From IMG/VR virus record IMGVR_UViG_3300021959_006010, positions 1 to 64,000 of that record: a stretch of DNA of 64,000 nt. The stretch is one strand, 5' to 3'. Both the position numbers and the translations under genes were made by a program. Numbering within the stretch: the stretch's first letter is position 1; every line of letters starts with the position of its first letter. Shown here one piece after another: positions 40,203-49,538 of this stretch. Below the pieces are notes generated by a model. That model had not been told where the DNA came from, made no database searches, and was given only the letters and a program-made list of their open reading frames with translations.

Positions 40203-42173
40203 ATGTATGATATCGTTTTTATAGGTCCTGCAGACTCACAATGGAAAAAAATTAAATCAAAGTATATTACTGCAAAACGTGCTGACACATTTTTGTCAGC
40301 TAAGAAAAAAGCATTTACTAAATTCTTTTGGGCAGTATCTTCTGATTTAGAAATAGCAGATAATTTTAATTTTGATTATGTTCCTGACGACTACAGTCAA
40401 GACGTAATACACGTTTTTAAAAATGACAAGCATTTTGATGGATTGTTTTTATCTCCTAGAGATGCTAATCCGTCCCAGCGAGAACTAGATCATAGATTCT
40501 TTGTACATAAAAAAGAAGTTGACATTCTAGCAAGTGTACCTTTACCTTTTGATTACTTCGAAATTGATTCTTACGAAGATTACGAGTACGCACTTGAAAA
40601 TAGCAAAACACAAATGTTTTGGATGGGCAGTAGAAATATAGAACCTAGCAAAGAGCTAATAGAAAATTTTTATATATCGCATCATGAAAAAATTGATCGT
40701 ACTCAAAATCATGCATTTAAGCATCTTACAAAAGACGGCGAAACGTATAACGGACTGTTTCTGTGTACAAAAGACCGAAAACTTTCAAAACGAGAAGTCG
40801 AATATCGATTTCCTGTCGATCGTAAAGAATGGGATATTGTTGGTAGCGGTCCTAAAAAATATGATGTTTTTACAATTGAAACTTATGACGATTATCTAGA
40901 AGCAGTTAACAATAGTACAACTGAAATGTTTTGGGCATTAAAGCCGTCAATTGATACATCTGAGTTTGACTTTGACATTTATTTTAGTTTTGAAAACACT
41001 TATGATAGAGAAACTAATCACGCCTTTTTGCACAACGAACAAGGCGAAATGTTAAGAAACAGTGTTTGGTTGTTATCAAAAACACAGCCGGTTTCTAAGA
41101 GAGAAATTGAATATAGATTTATTGTAAATGCAAAAGAATGGGACGTTGTTGCTAGTAAAACAAAATTGTACGATCAATTTATTGTAGACACCTATGATGA
41201 TTATTTGAAAGCATTAGAAAATACTTCAACAGAAATGTTCTGGGCAATTCCTAGTCGAATTAAAGATATAAATGAAGAAATTTTTAATAAAGTTTTTACA
41301 TACAAAAATATGCACGACAAAGAAAACGAATATGATCTTAATATAAATCATGTCTATAAAAACGGTGAATACTTTGATGGTATAATTTTATGTAGCACAA
41401 CTTGTAAGATTAGTAAAAGAGAGTTTTATTTCGGATTTATAGTGCAAAAGAAAGAAGTAGATATAGTTGCTAGTCAGCCAAAGCCCTATGACATAGTGTT
41501 TATTAGCTATAACGAACCAAACGCAAACGAAAACTTTGACCAGTTAATGGATCAATTCCCTGATAGAGTAATACATCGTGTACACGGTATAAAAGGAATA
41601 CACCAAGCTCACATTGAAGCAGCAAAAATTTGTGATACTGAAATGGTATGGATTGTTGACGGCGATGCAAAAATAGTCGACGGATTTAATTTTGATTATC
41701 AGGTTCCTGCATGGGAGAGAACTACAGTACACGTTTGGCGAAGTCAGAATCCTATTAATAAATTAGTATACGGCTATGGCGGCATTAAACTATTTCCTAC
41801 ACAACTAACAATAGACATGAACGTAAATAAACCCGACATGACTACAAGTATTAGCGAAAAGTTTAAAGCAGTTAAAGATGTTAGTAACATTACAGCATTT
41901 AACACAGATCCGTTTAACACTTGGAAAAGTGCATTTAGAGAATGTTGTAAGTTAAGTTCTAAGATTATTGATCGTCAAAAAGACGACGAAACAAACGAGC
42001 GTTTAAACATATGGTGTACAGCAGGAGAAGATGAGCTTTACGGTAAGTATTCTATAGAAGGAGCAAAGGCTGGTGCAGCATATGGTGCAAGAAACAAAGA
42101 CGATGTTAAAGCCTTAAAAATGATTAACGACTTTGACTGGTTAAAGGAGCAGTTTGATGCTACAGACATTTGA
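40203..42173 (+). CDS. Glycosyltransferase-like protein with four N-terminal degenerate repeats
   Basis: Four ~107-aa repeats (TEMFWA...SKRE...F....KE.DIVAS), then a GT-A domain from 41487 (YDIVFISYNEPNA...WIVDGD...YGYGGIK...WKSAFRE). Confidence 0.7.
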   Translation: MYDIVFIGPADSQWKKIKSKYITAKRADTFLSAKKKAFTKFFWAVSSDLEIADNFNFDYVPDDYSQDVIHVFKNDKHFDGLFLSPRDANPSQRELDHRFFVHKKEVDILASVPLPFDYFEIDSYEDYEYALENSKTQMFWMGSRNIEPSKELIENFYISHHEKIDRTQNHAFKHLTKDGETYNGLFLCTKDRKLSKREVEYRFPVDRKEWDIVGSGPKKYDVFTIETYDDYLEAVNNSTTEMFWALKPSIDTSEFDFDIYFSFENTYDRETNHAFLHNEQGEMLRNSVWLLSKTQPVSKREIEYRFIVNAKEWDVVASKTKLYDQFIVDTYDDYLKALENTSTEMFWAIPSRIKDINEEIFNKVFTYKNMHDKENEYDLNINHVYKNGEYFDGIILCSTTCKISKREFYFGFIVQKKEVDIVASQPKPYDIVFISYNEPNANENFDQLMDQFPDRVIHRVHGIKGIHQAHIEAAKICDTEMVWIVDGDAKIVDGFNFDYQVPAWERTTVHVWRSQNPINKLVYGYGGIKLFPTQLTIDMNVNKPDMTTSISEKFKAVKDVSNITAFNTDPFNTWKSAFRECCKLSSKIIDRQKDDETNERLNIWCTAGEDELYGKYSIEGAKAGAAYGARNKDDVKALKMINDFDWLKEQFDATDI

Positions 42174-43125
42174 GTTGCTTGATAGATTTGAACTACTTTA
42201 TTCTGATAATTCTAAGTTAGCAGATCTAAGACGTACATTTATTGATATGGATCTGAGTAGTTTATTTAGATTAACTGATACCGACGACGAACTACGTAAA
42301 GCAATATTGGAAGAAAACTTACATAGTATTTTTAGAGTTATTGAAGAATACGACACAGAAGATCTTCGTAAAGCAGTCATTGAAAAAAATATGCACAGCA
42401 TATTTAGATTAATCAATGACGAAGATTTGCGAAAACTTGTGCTAGAAGATAATACATGGAAATTATGGCCAGTGCTGAATAGGTATGTTGATACACAATT
42501 TGTTGCAGCATTTAAAAGTTTCTTTGTTAATGACACTGAAATATGGGATGATTGCTTCAGTAGAGGCCAACTTAAAAGCAAGTTGTGGTTAGTTGAAGAA
42601 CTTGAAAAACAAAAGGTAGAATTAGGTACAGTATATTTGTGTGCTGGCTGGTATGCTACATTGGCTACTATGTTGTTTGAAAGCGATATTGCTGTAGATA
42701 AAATCCGTAGTTTTGATATTGACGAAAGTTGTATCGAAATTGCTAAAACCTTCAATAAACCTTGGGTAATGAAAAATTGGCAGTTTCAAGCAAGTGTTGA
42801 AGACATTTGCAATATCAATTATACAAATCATACATATACAGTGACTCGCAGTAACGGCTCTACCGCAGAACTTAGCGATAGTCCTGATACTATTATTAAT
42901 ACGAGTTGCGAACATATTGAAAATTTTGCAGATTGGTATGCTAAAATACCAGACGGTAAATTAGTAATTTTGCAAAGTAATAATTTTTTCGATGTAGACG
43001 AGCATGTAAATTGTTCTAGAGATGCAGAAGAATTTAGCATCTCAGCACCTATGAGCAATTGTCTTTATCTAGGTGAGTTAGTTTTAGAAAAGTATTCGAG
43101 GTTTATGAAAATTGGATATAAATGA
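42157..43125 (+). CDS. Class I SAM-dependent methyltransferase-like protein with N-terminal helical repeats
   Basis: YLCAGWY (motif I-like), SFDID and IINTSCEH. SD AAGGAG before the ATG at 42157. Confidence 0.6.
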   Translation: MLQTFELLDRFELLYSDNSKLADLRRTFIDMDLSSLFRLTDTDDELRKAILEENLHSIFRVIEEYDTEDLRKAVIEKNMHSIFRLINDEDLRKLVLEDNTWKLWPVLNRYVDTQFVAAFKSFFVNDTEIWDDCFSRGQLKSKLWLVEELEKQKVELGTVYLCAGWYATLATMLFESDIAVDKIRSFDIDESCIEIAKTFNKPWVMKNWQFQASVEDICNINYTNHTYTVTRSNGSTAELSDSPDTIINTSCEHIENFADWYAKIPDGKLVILQSNNFFDVDEHVNCSRDAEEFSISAPMSNCLYLGELVLEKYSRFMKIGYK

Positions 43126-43333
43126 TCTAAGTATGAGAGAGTTGCAAACTGAAAGTGCTAGAGCACTAAGTACTATGCAAGCAACGAACAATAACATACA
43201 TCAATTTAACAAACGTGCTCACCATAATAGTCAAAATTGGTACAAGGCTGTAATTGAATGGTATGTAGAACAGTACGGTGGTTTACCTAGTAAAACAGGT
43301 CCAGGTAAAGATGTAAAGCTGGTATTAGAATAA
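43112..43333 (+). CDS. Small hypothetical protein
   Basis: 73-aa ORF filling the gap between coupled genes. GAGG upstream of a TTG start. Confidence 0.6.
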   Translation: MDINDLSMRELQTESARALSTMQATNNNIHQFNKRAHHNSQNWYKAVIEWYVEQYGGLPSKTGPGKDVKLVLE

Positions 43334-43334
43334 T

Positions 43335-44213
43335 ATGGGTGTGCTTAATCATATTGATATTTTGACTTTACTTAAAGAAAAGGAAGAATATAAATTGCTT
43401 GATTCTTTAAGTGAAATTAACGATACTTGGTGCATACCAGGTGAGCCCATTGAAACATTAATAGACAGAGTAAACTTAGATCAAAAATATATCAAAAACA
43501 AAAAAATAATAACTTGTAATAGCGAAGAGGTTAAAGATTATAATGTTGAACGTCATCCTTTTATCTGGCCGAAAAAAGTAAACAGTTATACAATAGATCT
43601 TCAAAAGGAACATAAAGAAAAAAAATTTGTTTCAATGATGATTCTTCGTACTAAAACACGAGAAGCTCTTGCAAACAACTTGTTAAAATATAAAGAGTTT
43701 GGTTATTATAACTTTTCAGGTAATTCTAACATAGAAACTACAACGTGGAGCCAATCTCATTTACCATCAGAATATCATTCTGCTATTTGGGAGTTCGGTA
43801 TCGAAACAGGAGGATATAGGGACGAGTCTTATATGTATACAGTAATAAGTGAAAAAACTTGGAGACCTATAAAATTTGGAAAACCTTTTTTAGTATTCGG
43901 TTATCCTGGAATGTATAAAAGATTAAAAAGTTACGGATTTATATTATCTAAAGATGTTAACTATGAGTTTGATGACGATTTGCCTAATCGATTTAAATTG
44001 TTTTGTAATGAAGTAGAAAGAATAATTAATATTGAAAACTATGACAGTATGGTGCAAGACGCACTATACAACAAAGAAATTTTTGACAAACTGTGTATTG
44101 AAAGCACTGTTAACATAGAACATACTATTTTACAACTAGCACCAGAACATCTTAAATTTTTCCTAAAACACAAAGGACATCATCTTTTAAAATCTTTTTG
44201 GGGACAAGTATGA
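43335..44213 (+). CDS. Putative glycosyltransferase (GT10/GT-B-like, SEKT family)
   Basis: GIET...ISEKTWRPI..GKPFLVFG...LKSYGF. Confidence 0.5.
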   Translation: MGVLNHIDILTLLKEKEEYKLLDSLSEINDTWCIPGEPIETLIDRVNLDQKYIKNKKIITCNSEEVKDYNVERHPFIWPKKVNSYTIDLQKEHKEKKFVSMMILRTKTREALANNLLKYKEFGYYNFSGNSNIETTTWSQSHLPSEYHSAIWEFGIETGGYRDESYMYTVISEKTWRPIKFGKPFLVFGYPGMYKRLKSYGFILSKDVNYEFDDDLPNRFKLFCNEVERIINIENYDSMVQDALYNKEIFDKLCIESTVNIEHTILQLAPEHLKFFLKHKGHHLLKSFWGQV

Positions 44214-44635
44214 AAACTATAATAGTAGTAGATGCATGGAAAAATTGTCTTGAAAAGGATGTTTTAATGTTTCCTTTTTTAGAAAAAGAAACTAAGTCCT
44301 TTGGTCAATATCTTAATGTTTGTCTTTCAAATTTAAGAAATAATTATAAAATAGTACACTGCCCAGGTGATCGAACTATTATGGAAGAAATTGATACGAG
44401 CAGCGATCAAATTATAAGCAGTGTCGATGTTTTAGATAAAGAGGGCGAATATTACTTTTGCGGGTTCCATCTTGGAAGGTGTATACAAAGAAAATATAGA
44501 GAGCTTGAAGCTGAAAATAAAAAAATTATATATAATCTTAGTTTACTTTTTCCTGCAGACACACTTAATAATATTGACAAATCTTTAAACTACTGCTATT
44601 ATACATACAAAGGTTTTACAGATGTACAAATATGA
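44210..44635 (+). CDS. Isochorismatase/cysteine-hydrolase-like protein
   Basis: IIVVDAW and FCGFHLGRCI. ATGA-coupled start at 44210. Confidence 0.45.
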   Translation: MKTIIVVDAWKNCLEKDVLMFPFLEKETKSFGQYLNVCLSNLRNNYKIVHCPGDRTIMEEIDTSSDQIISSVDVLDKEGEYYFCGFHLGRCIQRKYRELEAENKKIIYNLSLLFPADTLNNIDKSLNYCYYTYKGFTDVQI

Positions 44636-45701
44636 AGACATAAGAACGATCCATTTGGAAAACACACAAAACTGCCAGGCGAGTTGTCCTATGTGTGATC
44701 GTAATCAAAATGGCGGAGATTTAAATCCGCATATTGATTTAAGCGAATTAACACTTGAAGATTGCAAACGTATTTTTGAACCGGAGTTTATTGCACAGCT
44801 TAAAACAATGTATATGTGCGGTAACTTAGGTGATCCGATTGTTGCAAGAGATACATTAGAAATTTTCAAATACTTCCGAGAGCATAACGCAGACATGTGG
44901 CTTTCAATGAATACAAACGCAGGAGCAAAAAGTGTTGAATGGTGGCAAGAACTTGCCCAAGTCTTTGGTAGAATGGGTGCTGTTATTTTTAGTGTGGATG
45001 GTCTTAGTGACACTAATCATTTATACAGGCAGGGTGTTGTCTGGGACAATGTAGAACGTAATATGCAGGCGTTTATTGACGCTGGCGGCAGAGCACGTTG
45101 GGACTTTTTAATATTTGAACACAATCAACATCAAGTAAAAGAAGCTGAGGCACTAGCATGGGAATGGGGTTGTGAAAGATTTATACCTAAAAAGACAGGT
45201 AGGTTTATTACAGCAGACAGTAAAAAGAAAGAATCTCATCAGGCTGTAAATCGCAAAGGCAAAGAAACTACAGAACTCAAAAAGCCGGACGAAAAATACC
45301 TTAACAAAGCATTAAGTAAACAAGATTCTCTTTTAGAAAAGTACGGCAGCATGGATGCATACTATGATGTAGTACCTATCAACTGTAAAGTCAAAGACGA
45401 AGGAAATTTGTTTATTACAGCAGAAGGACTTGCTATGCCTTGCTGTTGGACTGCTGGGCGTATGTACAAATGGTGGCACAAAGATCCTAAGGTAGAACAG
45501 GTATGGGACTTTATTGATGCTGTAGGCGGCAAAGATGCCATTAATGCTAAAAAACACGGATTACGTGCAGTATTTGAAACAGGAATATTTGATAATATTG
45601 AAGATAGCTGGAGCGTAAAAGGTTGCTCAAACGGAAAATTAAAAGTATGCTCGATGAAGTGCGGAGTTGAATTTGATCCTTTCGGAGCTCAATTCGAGTA
45701 A
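44622..45701 (+). CDS. Radical SAM protein with C-terminal twitch/SPASM domain
   Basis: CQASCPMC, CGNLGDP and FSVDG. C-terminal C...GLAMPCC...CSMKC. Confidence 0.9.
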   Translation: MYKYEDIRTIHLENTQNCQASCPMCDRNQNGGDLNPHIDLSELTLEDCKRIFEPEFIAQLKTMYMCGNLGDPIVARDTLEIFKYFREHNADMWLSMNTNAGAKSVEWWQELAQVFGRMGAVIFSVDGLSDTNHLYRQGVVWDNVERNMQAFIDAGGRARWDFLIFEHNQHQVKEAEALAWEWGCERFIPKKTGRFITADSKKKESHQAVNRKGKETTELKKPDEKYLNKALSKQDSLLEKYGSMDAYYDVVPINCKVKDEGNLFITAEGLAMPCCWTAGRMYKWWHKDPKVEQVWDFIDAVGGKDAINAKKHGLRAVFETGIFDNIEDSWSVKGCSNGKLKVCSMKCGVEFDPFGAQFE

Positions 45702-45704
45702 ATA
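45699..45704 (+). promoter_or_regulatory. Possible late promoter core TAAATA
   Basis: TAAATA 5 nt before the SD-less ATG at 45710. Weak evidence in AT-rich DNA. Confidence 0.3.
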
Positions 45705-45709
45705 TACAT

Positions 45710-46960
45710 ATGAAAGTTAAAAATTTACCTAACAATATATGTGCTCTTCCTTGGACTGCTGTTAATTATAGACCTACCGGAAAAATGGCACCGTGCTGTG
45801 ACTTTGATGCGTTTCAAGCATTTGAAGGAACAAACATTGAAGAATACAAAAACAGTGATCAATTAAAAAAAATAAAAGAACAGTTCTTGCAAGGATTCTG
45901 GCCTGGAGGATGTCATGGATGTAAAAAGCAAGAAGAGGCAACCGGACATTCTCGTCGTATACAAGAAAGTGAAAACTATATCGGACATATAGGAAAAGAT
46001 ACTCTTACTAAAGAAGATTTGCTAGCAGAAGAAAAACATTTTTATTTAAACTTAGCATTAAATAATAAATGTAACTTAGGTTGTATTATGTGCAATACAG
46101 GAAACAGTTCTTTCCTTTTACGTGAACAAAGACAAAATTCCCAGCACTTTTTTGAAAATATTGACTTTCGTAATCAACAGGTAAGATCTACACCAGTATT
46201 ACCAAATGTAAAAGACGAAACAGTTAAAGTGCATAATCCGTTTAATCCAGAATGGGGAATAAATGATGTAGACGAATTAGTTAACACCATTGACACTAAC
46301 CATAAAATAAAATCTAGAATTACATTCCACGGCGGCGAACCTACCATAATGAAGCAACCTTATGAAATTTTAGAAAATGTAAAGGCAAAAGGACTTCAAG
46401 ATAAAGTAATTATCGAGTTCAATTCTAATTTTCAACAGTATAATCCAAAATGGTTCGGAGCATTAGAAGGATTTCAAGGGCATGCTATGGTTAGTTTAGA
46501 TGCTATTGGAGTTCCAGGAGAATATATACGATATCCGAGCAAATGGAACGTTATAGAGCAAAATATTTTAAGATTCAAAGAAGAATATGGAGATACATTT
46601 AGACTTACTATATGTCCTACTTTGCAAATAACAAATGTTTTTTACATGGAAGATCTAATAGATTGGTGTTATAAGCACGAGTTAGGATTAACACTAAATG
46701 GAATTTTAAGATTTCCGAGTCAATTAGCAGCTAATAATCTTCCTAAAAATATCAAAGACGATCTTATAAGAAGATTAAAAGATATAAAATATCAACAAAG
46801 TTTTGGAAGAGATGAAAGACCTGCAATAGTATCTCTTTTAAGACAAGCACCAACTGTTTCCACTGATCTTACTATAAATTATTTAGAAAAGGTTGATAAT
46901 GTTCGTGGAACTAATTGGAAAGAATCTCTACCTGAATTGTATAACTCAATAAAGTCTTGA
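45710..46960 (+). CDS. Radical SAM protein with N-terminal twitch/SPASM-like domain
   Basis: ICALPW...GKMAPCC...CHGC, CNLGCIMC and HGGEP. Confidence 0.9.
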   Translation: MKVKNLPNNICALPWTAVNYRPTGKMAPCCDFDAFQAFEGTNIEEYKNSDQLKKIKEQFLQGFWPGGCHGCKKQEEATGHSRRIQESENYIGHIGKDTLTKEDLLAEEKHFYLNLALNNKCNLGCIMCNTGNSSFLLREQRQNSQHFFENIDFRNQQVRSTPVLPNVKDETVKVHNPFNPEWGINDVDELVNTIDTNHKIKSRITFHGGEPTIMKQPYEILENVKAKGLQDKVIIEFNSNFQQYNPKWFGALEGFQGHAMVSLDAIGVPGEYIRYPSKWNVIEQNILRFKEEYGDTFRLTICPTLQITNVFYMEDLIDWCYKHELGLTLNGILRFPSQLAANNLPKNIKDDLIRRLKDIKYQQSFGRDERPAIVSLLRQAPTVSTDLTINYLEKVDNVRGTNWKESLPELYNSIKS

Positions 46961-46985
46961 CATCTAGTTAAAATCAATATATAAT
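46957..46985 (+). promoter_or_regulatory. Consensus sigma70 promoter
   Basis: TTGACA (46957-46962), 17 nt, TATAAT (46980-46985). SD AGGA before 47008. Confidence 0.8.
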
Positions 46986-47007
46986 ATTGTAAACATAGGA
47001 CTTTTTA

Positions 47008-48417
47008 ATGAACAAATACGATAAAATTTCTCCCACATTTTGTGCGCTTCCGTGGCTACACTTATCAAGTAGGCCAGACGGTAAAATGCGCACCTGCTGT
47101 ACTAGTAATGCTAGTAGTGTACAAGACCCTAATAGTATGATAAAAAGCGGAGGCGGAGAAGTTGGCGTTATCAAAAATGACAAAGGCGAAAGTGTAAATT
47201 TTAATAACACATCTTTAGAAGAAGCGTGGAATAGTTCTTATATGCGAAATGTACGTAATATGATGTTACGTGGAGAACAGCCTGCTAGTTGTATAAAGTG
47301 TTATAAAGAAGAAGCAGCAGGCCATTTAAGTAAAAGAAACTGGGAAACAGAATACTGGGGCAACAGATATAATCTTCAAGAACTAGTAGACGAAACAGCC
47401 GAAGATGGCACTATACCTCCTAAGATACGCTATATTGATCTACGAATGGGGTCAAAGTGTCAACTTGCATGTGTTATGTGTAGTCCACACGATAGTAGCG
47501 GCTGGATTAAAGAGTGGCAACAAATACATCCTCAAATAGAAAACGAAAGACTAAAGAGTAGTTCGCAATGGGATAATAAAGGTCTCAGCTACGGTAGCAG
47601 TTATAACTGGCATAAGAACAATCCTCGTTTTTGGAACGATCTTATGGATCAGATTCCGCACATGTATCAGTTATACTTTGCAGGTGGCGAGAGTCTTATT
47701 ATTGACGAACATTATGATTTGCTTGAAGAATGTATTAAACGTGGACATGCAAAAAATATAGAACTAAGGTATAATAGTAATGCTGTTGAATGGCGCCCTG
47801 GATTGGCTTCTTTGTGGGCAGAGTTTAAACGTGTAAGATTCCATTACTCAATTGATGCACTCGGAGAACAAAATGATTACATACGATATCCAAGCCAATG
47901 GGAGCACCAAGAAGAGGTATTTTGGAAATTAGATAATACACCATCTCAAGTTGAAGTAACAACTGCAACAACAATTATGGCGTTAAATGCTGCATACATT
48001 CCTGACTTTATTAAGTGGAAGGTAAACGCTGGATTTAAAAAAATAAACAAATGGCCTTTAGGAGCAGGAGGTATTAATATGCATTTTGCATACTGGCCAC
48101 CGCAGTTAAATGTAAAAGTTTTACCTCAAGATATTAAACAACAAATTACAGACAAGTACGAAAACGAGTTTTATCCTTGGGTAGAAGAAAATTGGCAAAA
48201 CTTTACAGGTGTTAAAGAAGCCGGTATAACTAAAGAGCAATTCTTAAATGCACCTTACGGTCTAAAGCGTTATAAAGGAATTATTAATTTTATGAATAGC
48301 GAAGACTGGAGTGAAAGACTTCCTGAAACAAAAGAATGGTTACAACTTGTAAACAAGCAACGAGGATGGACTGAAAGATTTCCTAAAGTATTTCCAATAC
48401 TAAAGGATCTTGTATAA
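47008..48417 (+). CDS. Radical SAM protein with N-terminal twitch/SPASM-like domain
   Basis: FCALPW...GKMRTCC...CIKC, CQLACVMC and AGGES. Confidence 0.9.
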   Translation: MNKYDKISPTFCALPWLHLSSRPDGKMRTCCTSNASSVQDPNSMIKSGGGEVGVIKNDKGESVNFNNTSLEEAWNSSYMRNVRNMMLRGEQPASCIKCYKEEAAGHLSKRNWETEYWGNRYNLQELVDETAEDGTIPPKIRYIDLRMGSKCQLACVMCSPHDSSGWIKEWQQIHPQIENERLKSSSQWDNKGLSYGSSYNWHKNNPRFWNDLMDQIPHMYQLYFAGGESLIIDEHYDLLEECIKRGHAKNIELRYNSNAVEWRPGLASLWAEFKRVRFHYSIDALGEQNDYIRYPSQWEHQEEVFWKLDNTPSQVEVTTATTIMALNAAYIPDFIKWKVNAGFKKINKWPLGAGGINMHFAYWPPQLNVKVLPQDIKQQITDKYENEFYPWVEENWQNFTGVKEAGITKEQFLNAPYGLKRYKGIINFMNSEDWSERLPETKEWLQLVNKQRGWTERFPKVFPILKDLV

Positions 48418-49538
48418 TGTATTGTAGTGCTCCGTGGACAACTGTCCAAATTAAAAACGATGGTCAGTTTAGTTATTGCTGTATGAGTAGAGATCCTATC
48501 GGTAAAGAATTAAATGATCCCGATTTGGTAGATGGACGCAATAGAATGATATCTGGAGAAATACTGCCAGTATGCCAGACTCAATGTTTTGATAATGAAA
48601 AATTCTTTAGCAGTCAGCGATTAGATTTAAACAGACGATATCCTATAAAAAACGATATTTCTCCAGCTGCAAATCCTGAACATATAGAATACATTGATTT
48701 ACGAATGGGTAATATATGTAATTATATGTGTTTAATGTGCGGTGACAGAGATAGCCACTTATGGGGTAAAGCAAACAAAAAAGAAAATCCTTATATTAGC
48801 TGGGCTAAAGATCCTGTGCAGTATCAGCGTATTATGGATTTTATTGCAAGTTGTAAAAATCTAAAGTGTATTAGTTTAGCCGGCGGAGAACCTTTTTATA
48901 ATAAAAAACAATTGTTTGATGTTATTGATAGATTGCCTAGAGATTTAGAATTAAAATTTATTACTAATGTTAGTTTTTGTGATGACGAAATTATAGCAAA
49001 ACTAAACGAATTTAAAACCGGAAGGTTACACTGTAGTATCGACGGTGTAGGACGTTGGGTAGAAGCACAAAGGTATCGTAGCAGCTGGGAACTTATTGAA
49101 AAAAATATGATGAAGTTTGCTACTGAACTACACGAGCATTGGGTAACTAGACTAGTGCCTACTTTTAGTGCAATCAACACTTATGGGTTAGAAGAGTTTG
49201 CAGACTGGATTATGAATGTGTATACTCCGACTAGGAAGTATGCTAGAATGGGATTTACTTTGGTTAAATGGCCAGACCATATGACCTTGTATAATATTCC
49301 GTTAGCAACTCGCAGACAAATTGTATCTAACATTAGAAGTAAAAATTATAAACATCCTGAAATTGACCGTTTATTAGAAGCTATTGAAAAGGATATTAAG
49401 CCTGACGAAAAAACAGTTGATGATTTTCGTAAGTATTTAGAATATGTAAAACATTCTACAGGGTTTGATACATTAGATGCTATACCTGAACTTAAAGAAA
49501 TAGTTGGAGATGATGATCTTGGACAGTGGCAAAAATAA
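48417..49538 (+). CDS. Radical SAM protein with N-terminal twitch/SPASM-like domain
   Basis: YCSAPW...GQFSYCC...CQTQC, CNYMCLMC and AGGEP. Confidence 0.9.
   Translation: MYCSAPWTTVQIKNDGQFSYCCMSRDPIGKELNDPDLVDGRNRMISGEILPVCQTQCFDNEKFFSSQRLDLNRRYPIKNDISPAANPEHIEYIDLRMGNICNYMCLMCGDRDSHLWGKANKKENPYISWAKDPVQYQRIMDFIASCKNLKCISLAGGEPFYNKKQLFDVIDRLPRDLELKFITNVSFCDDEIIAKLNEFKTGRLHCSIDGVGRWVEAQRYRSSWELIEKNMMKFATELHEHWVTRLVPTFSAINTYGLEEFADWIMNVYTPTRKYARMGFTLVKWPDHMTLYNIPLATRRQIVSNIRSKNYKHPEIDRLLEAIEKDIKPDEKTVDDFRKYLEYVKHSTGFDTLDAIPELKEIVGDDDLGQWQK

Noticed and set aside
43112-43333. 73-aa ORF as a RiPP precursor for the twitch/SPASM enzymes
   Set aside because: No leader/core pattern or repeated core, and no RRE/PqqD, peptidase or exporter is visible. 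The context favours sugar substrates, though a peptide substrate is not formally excluded.
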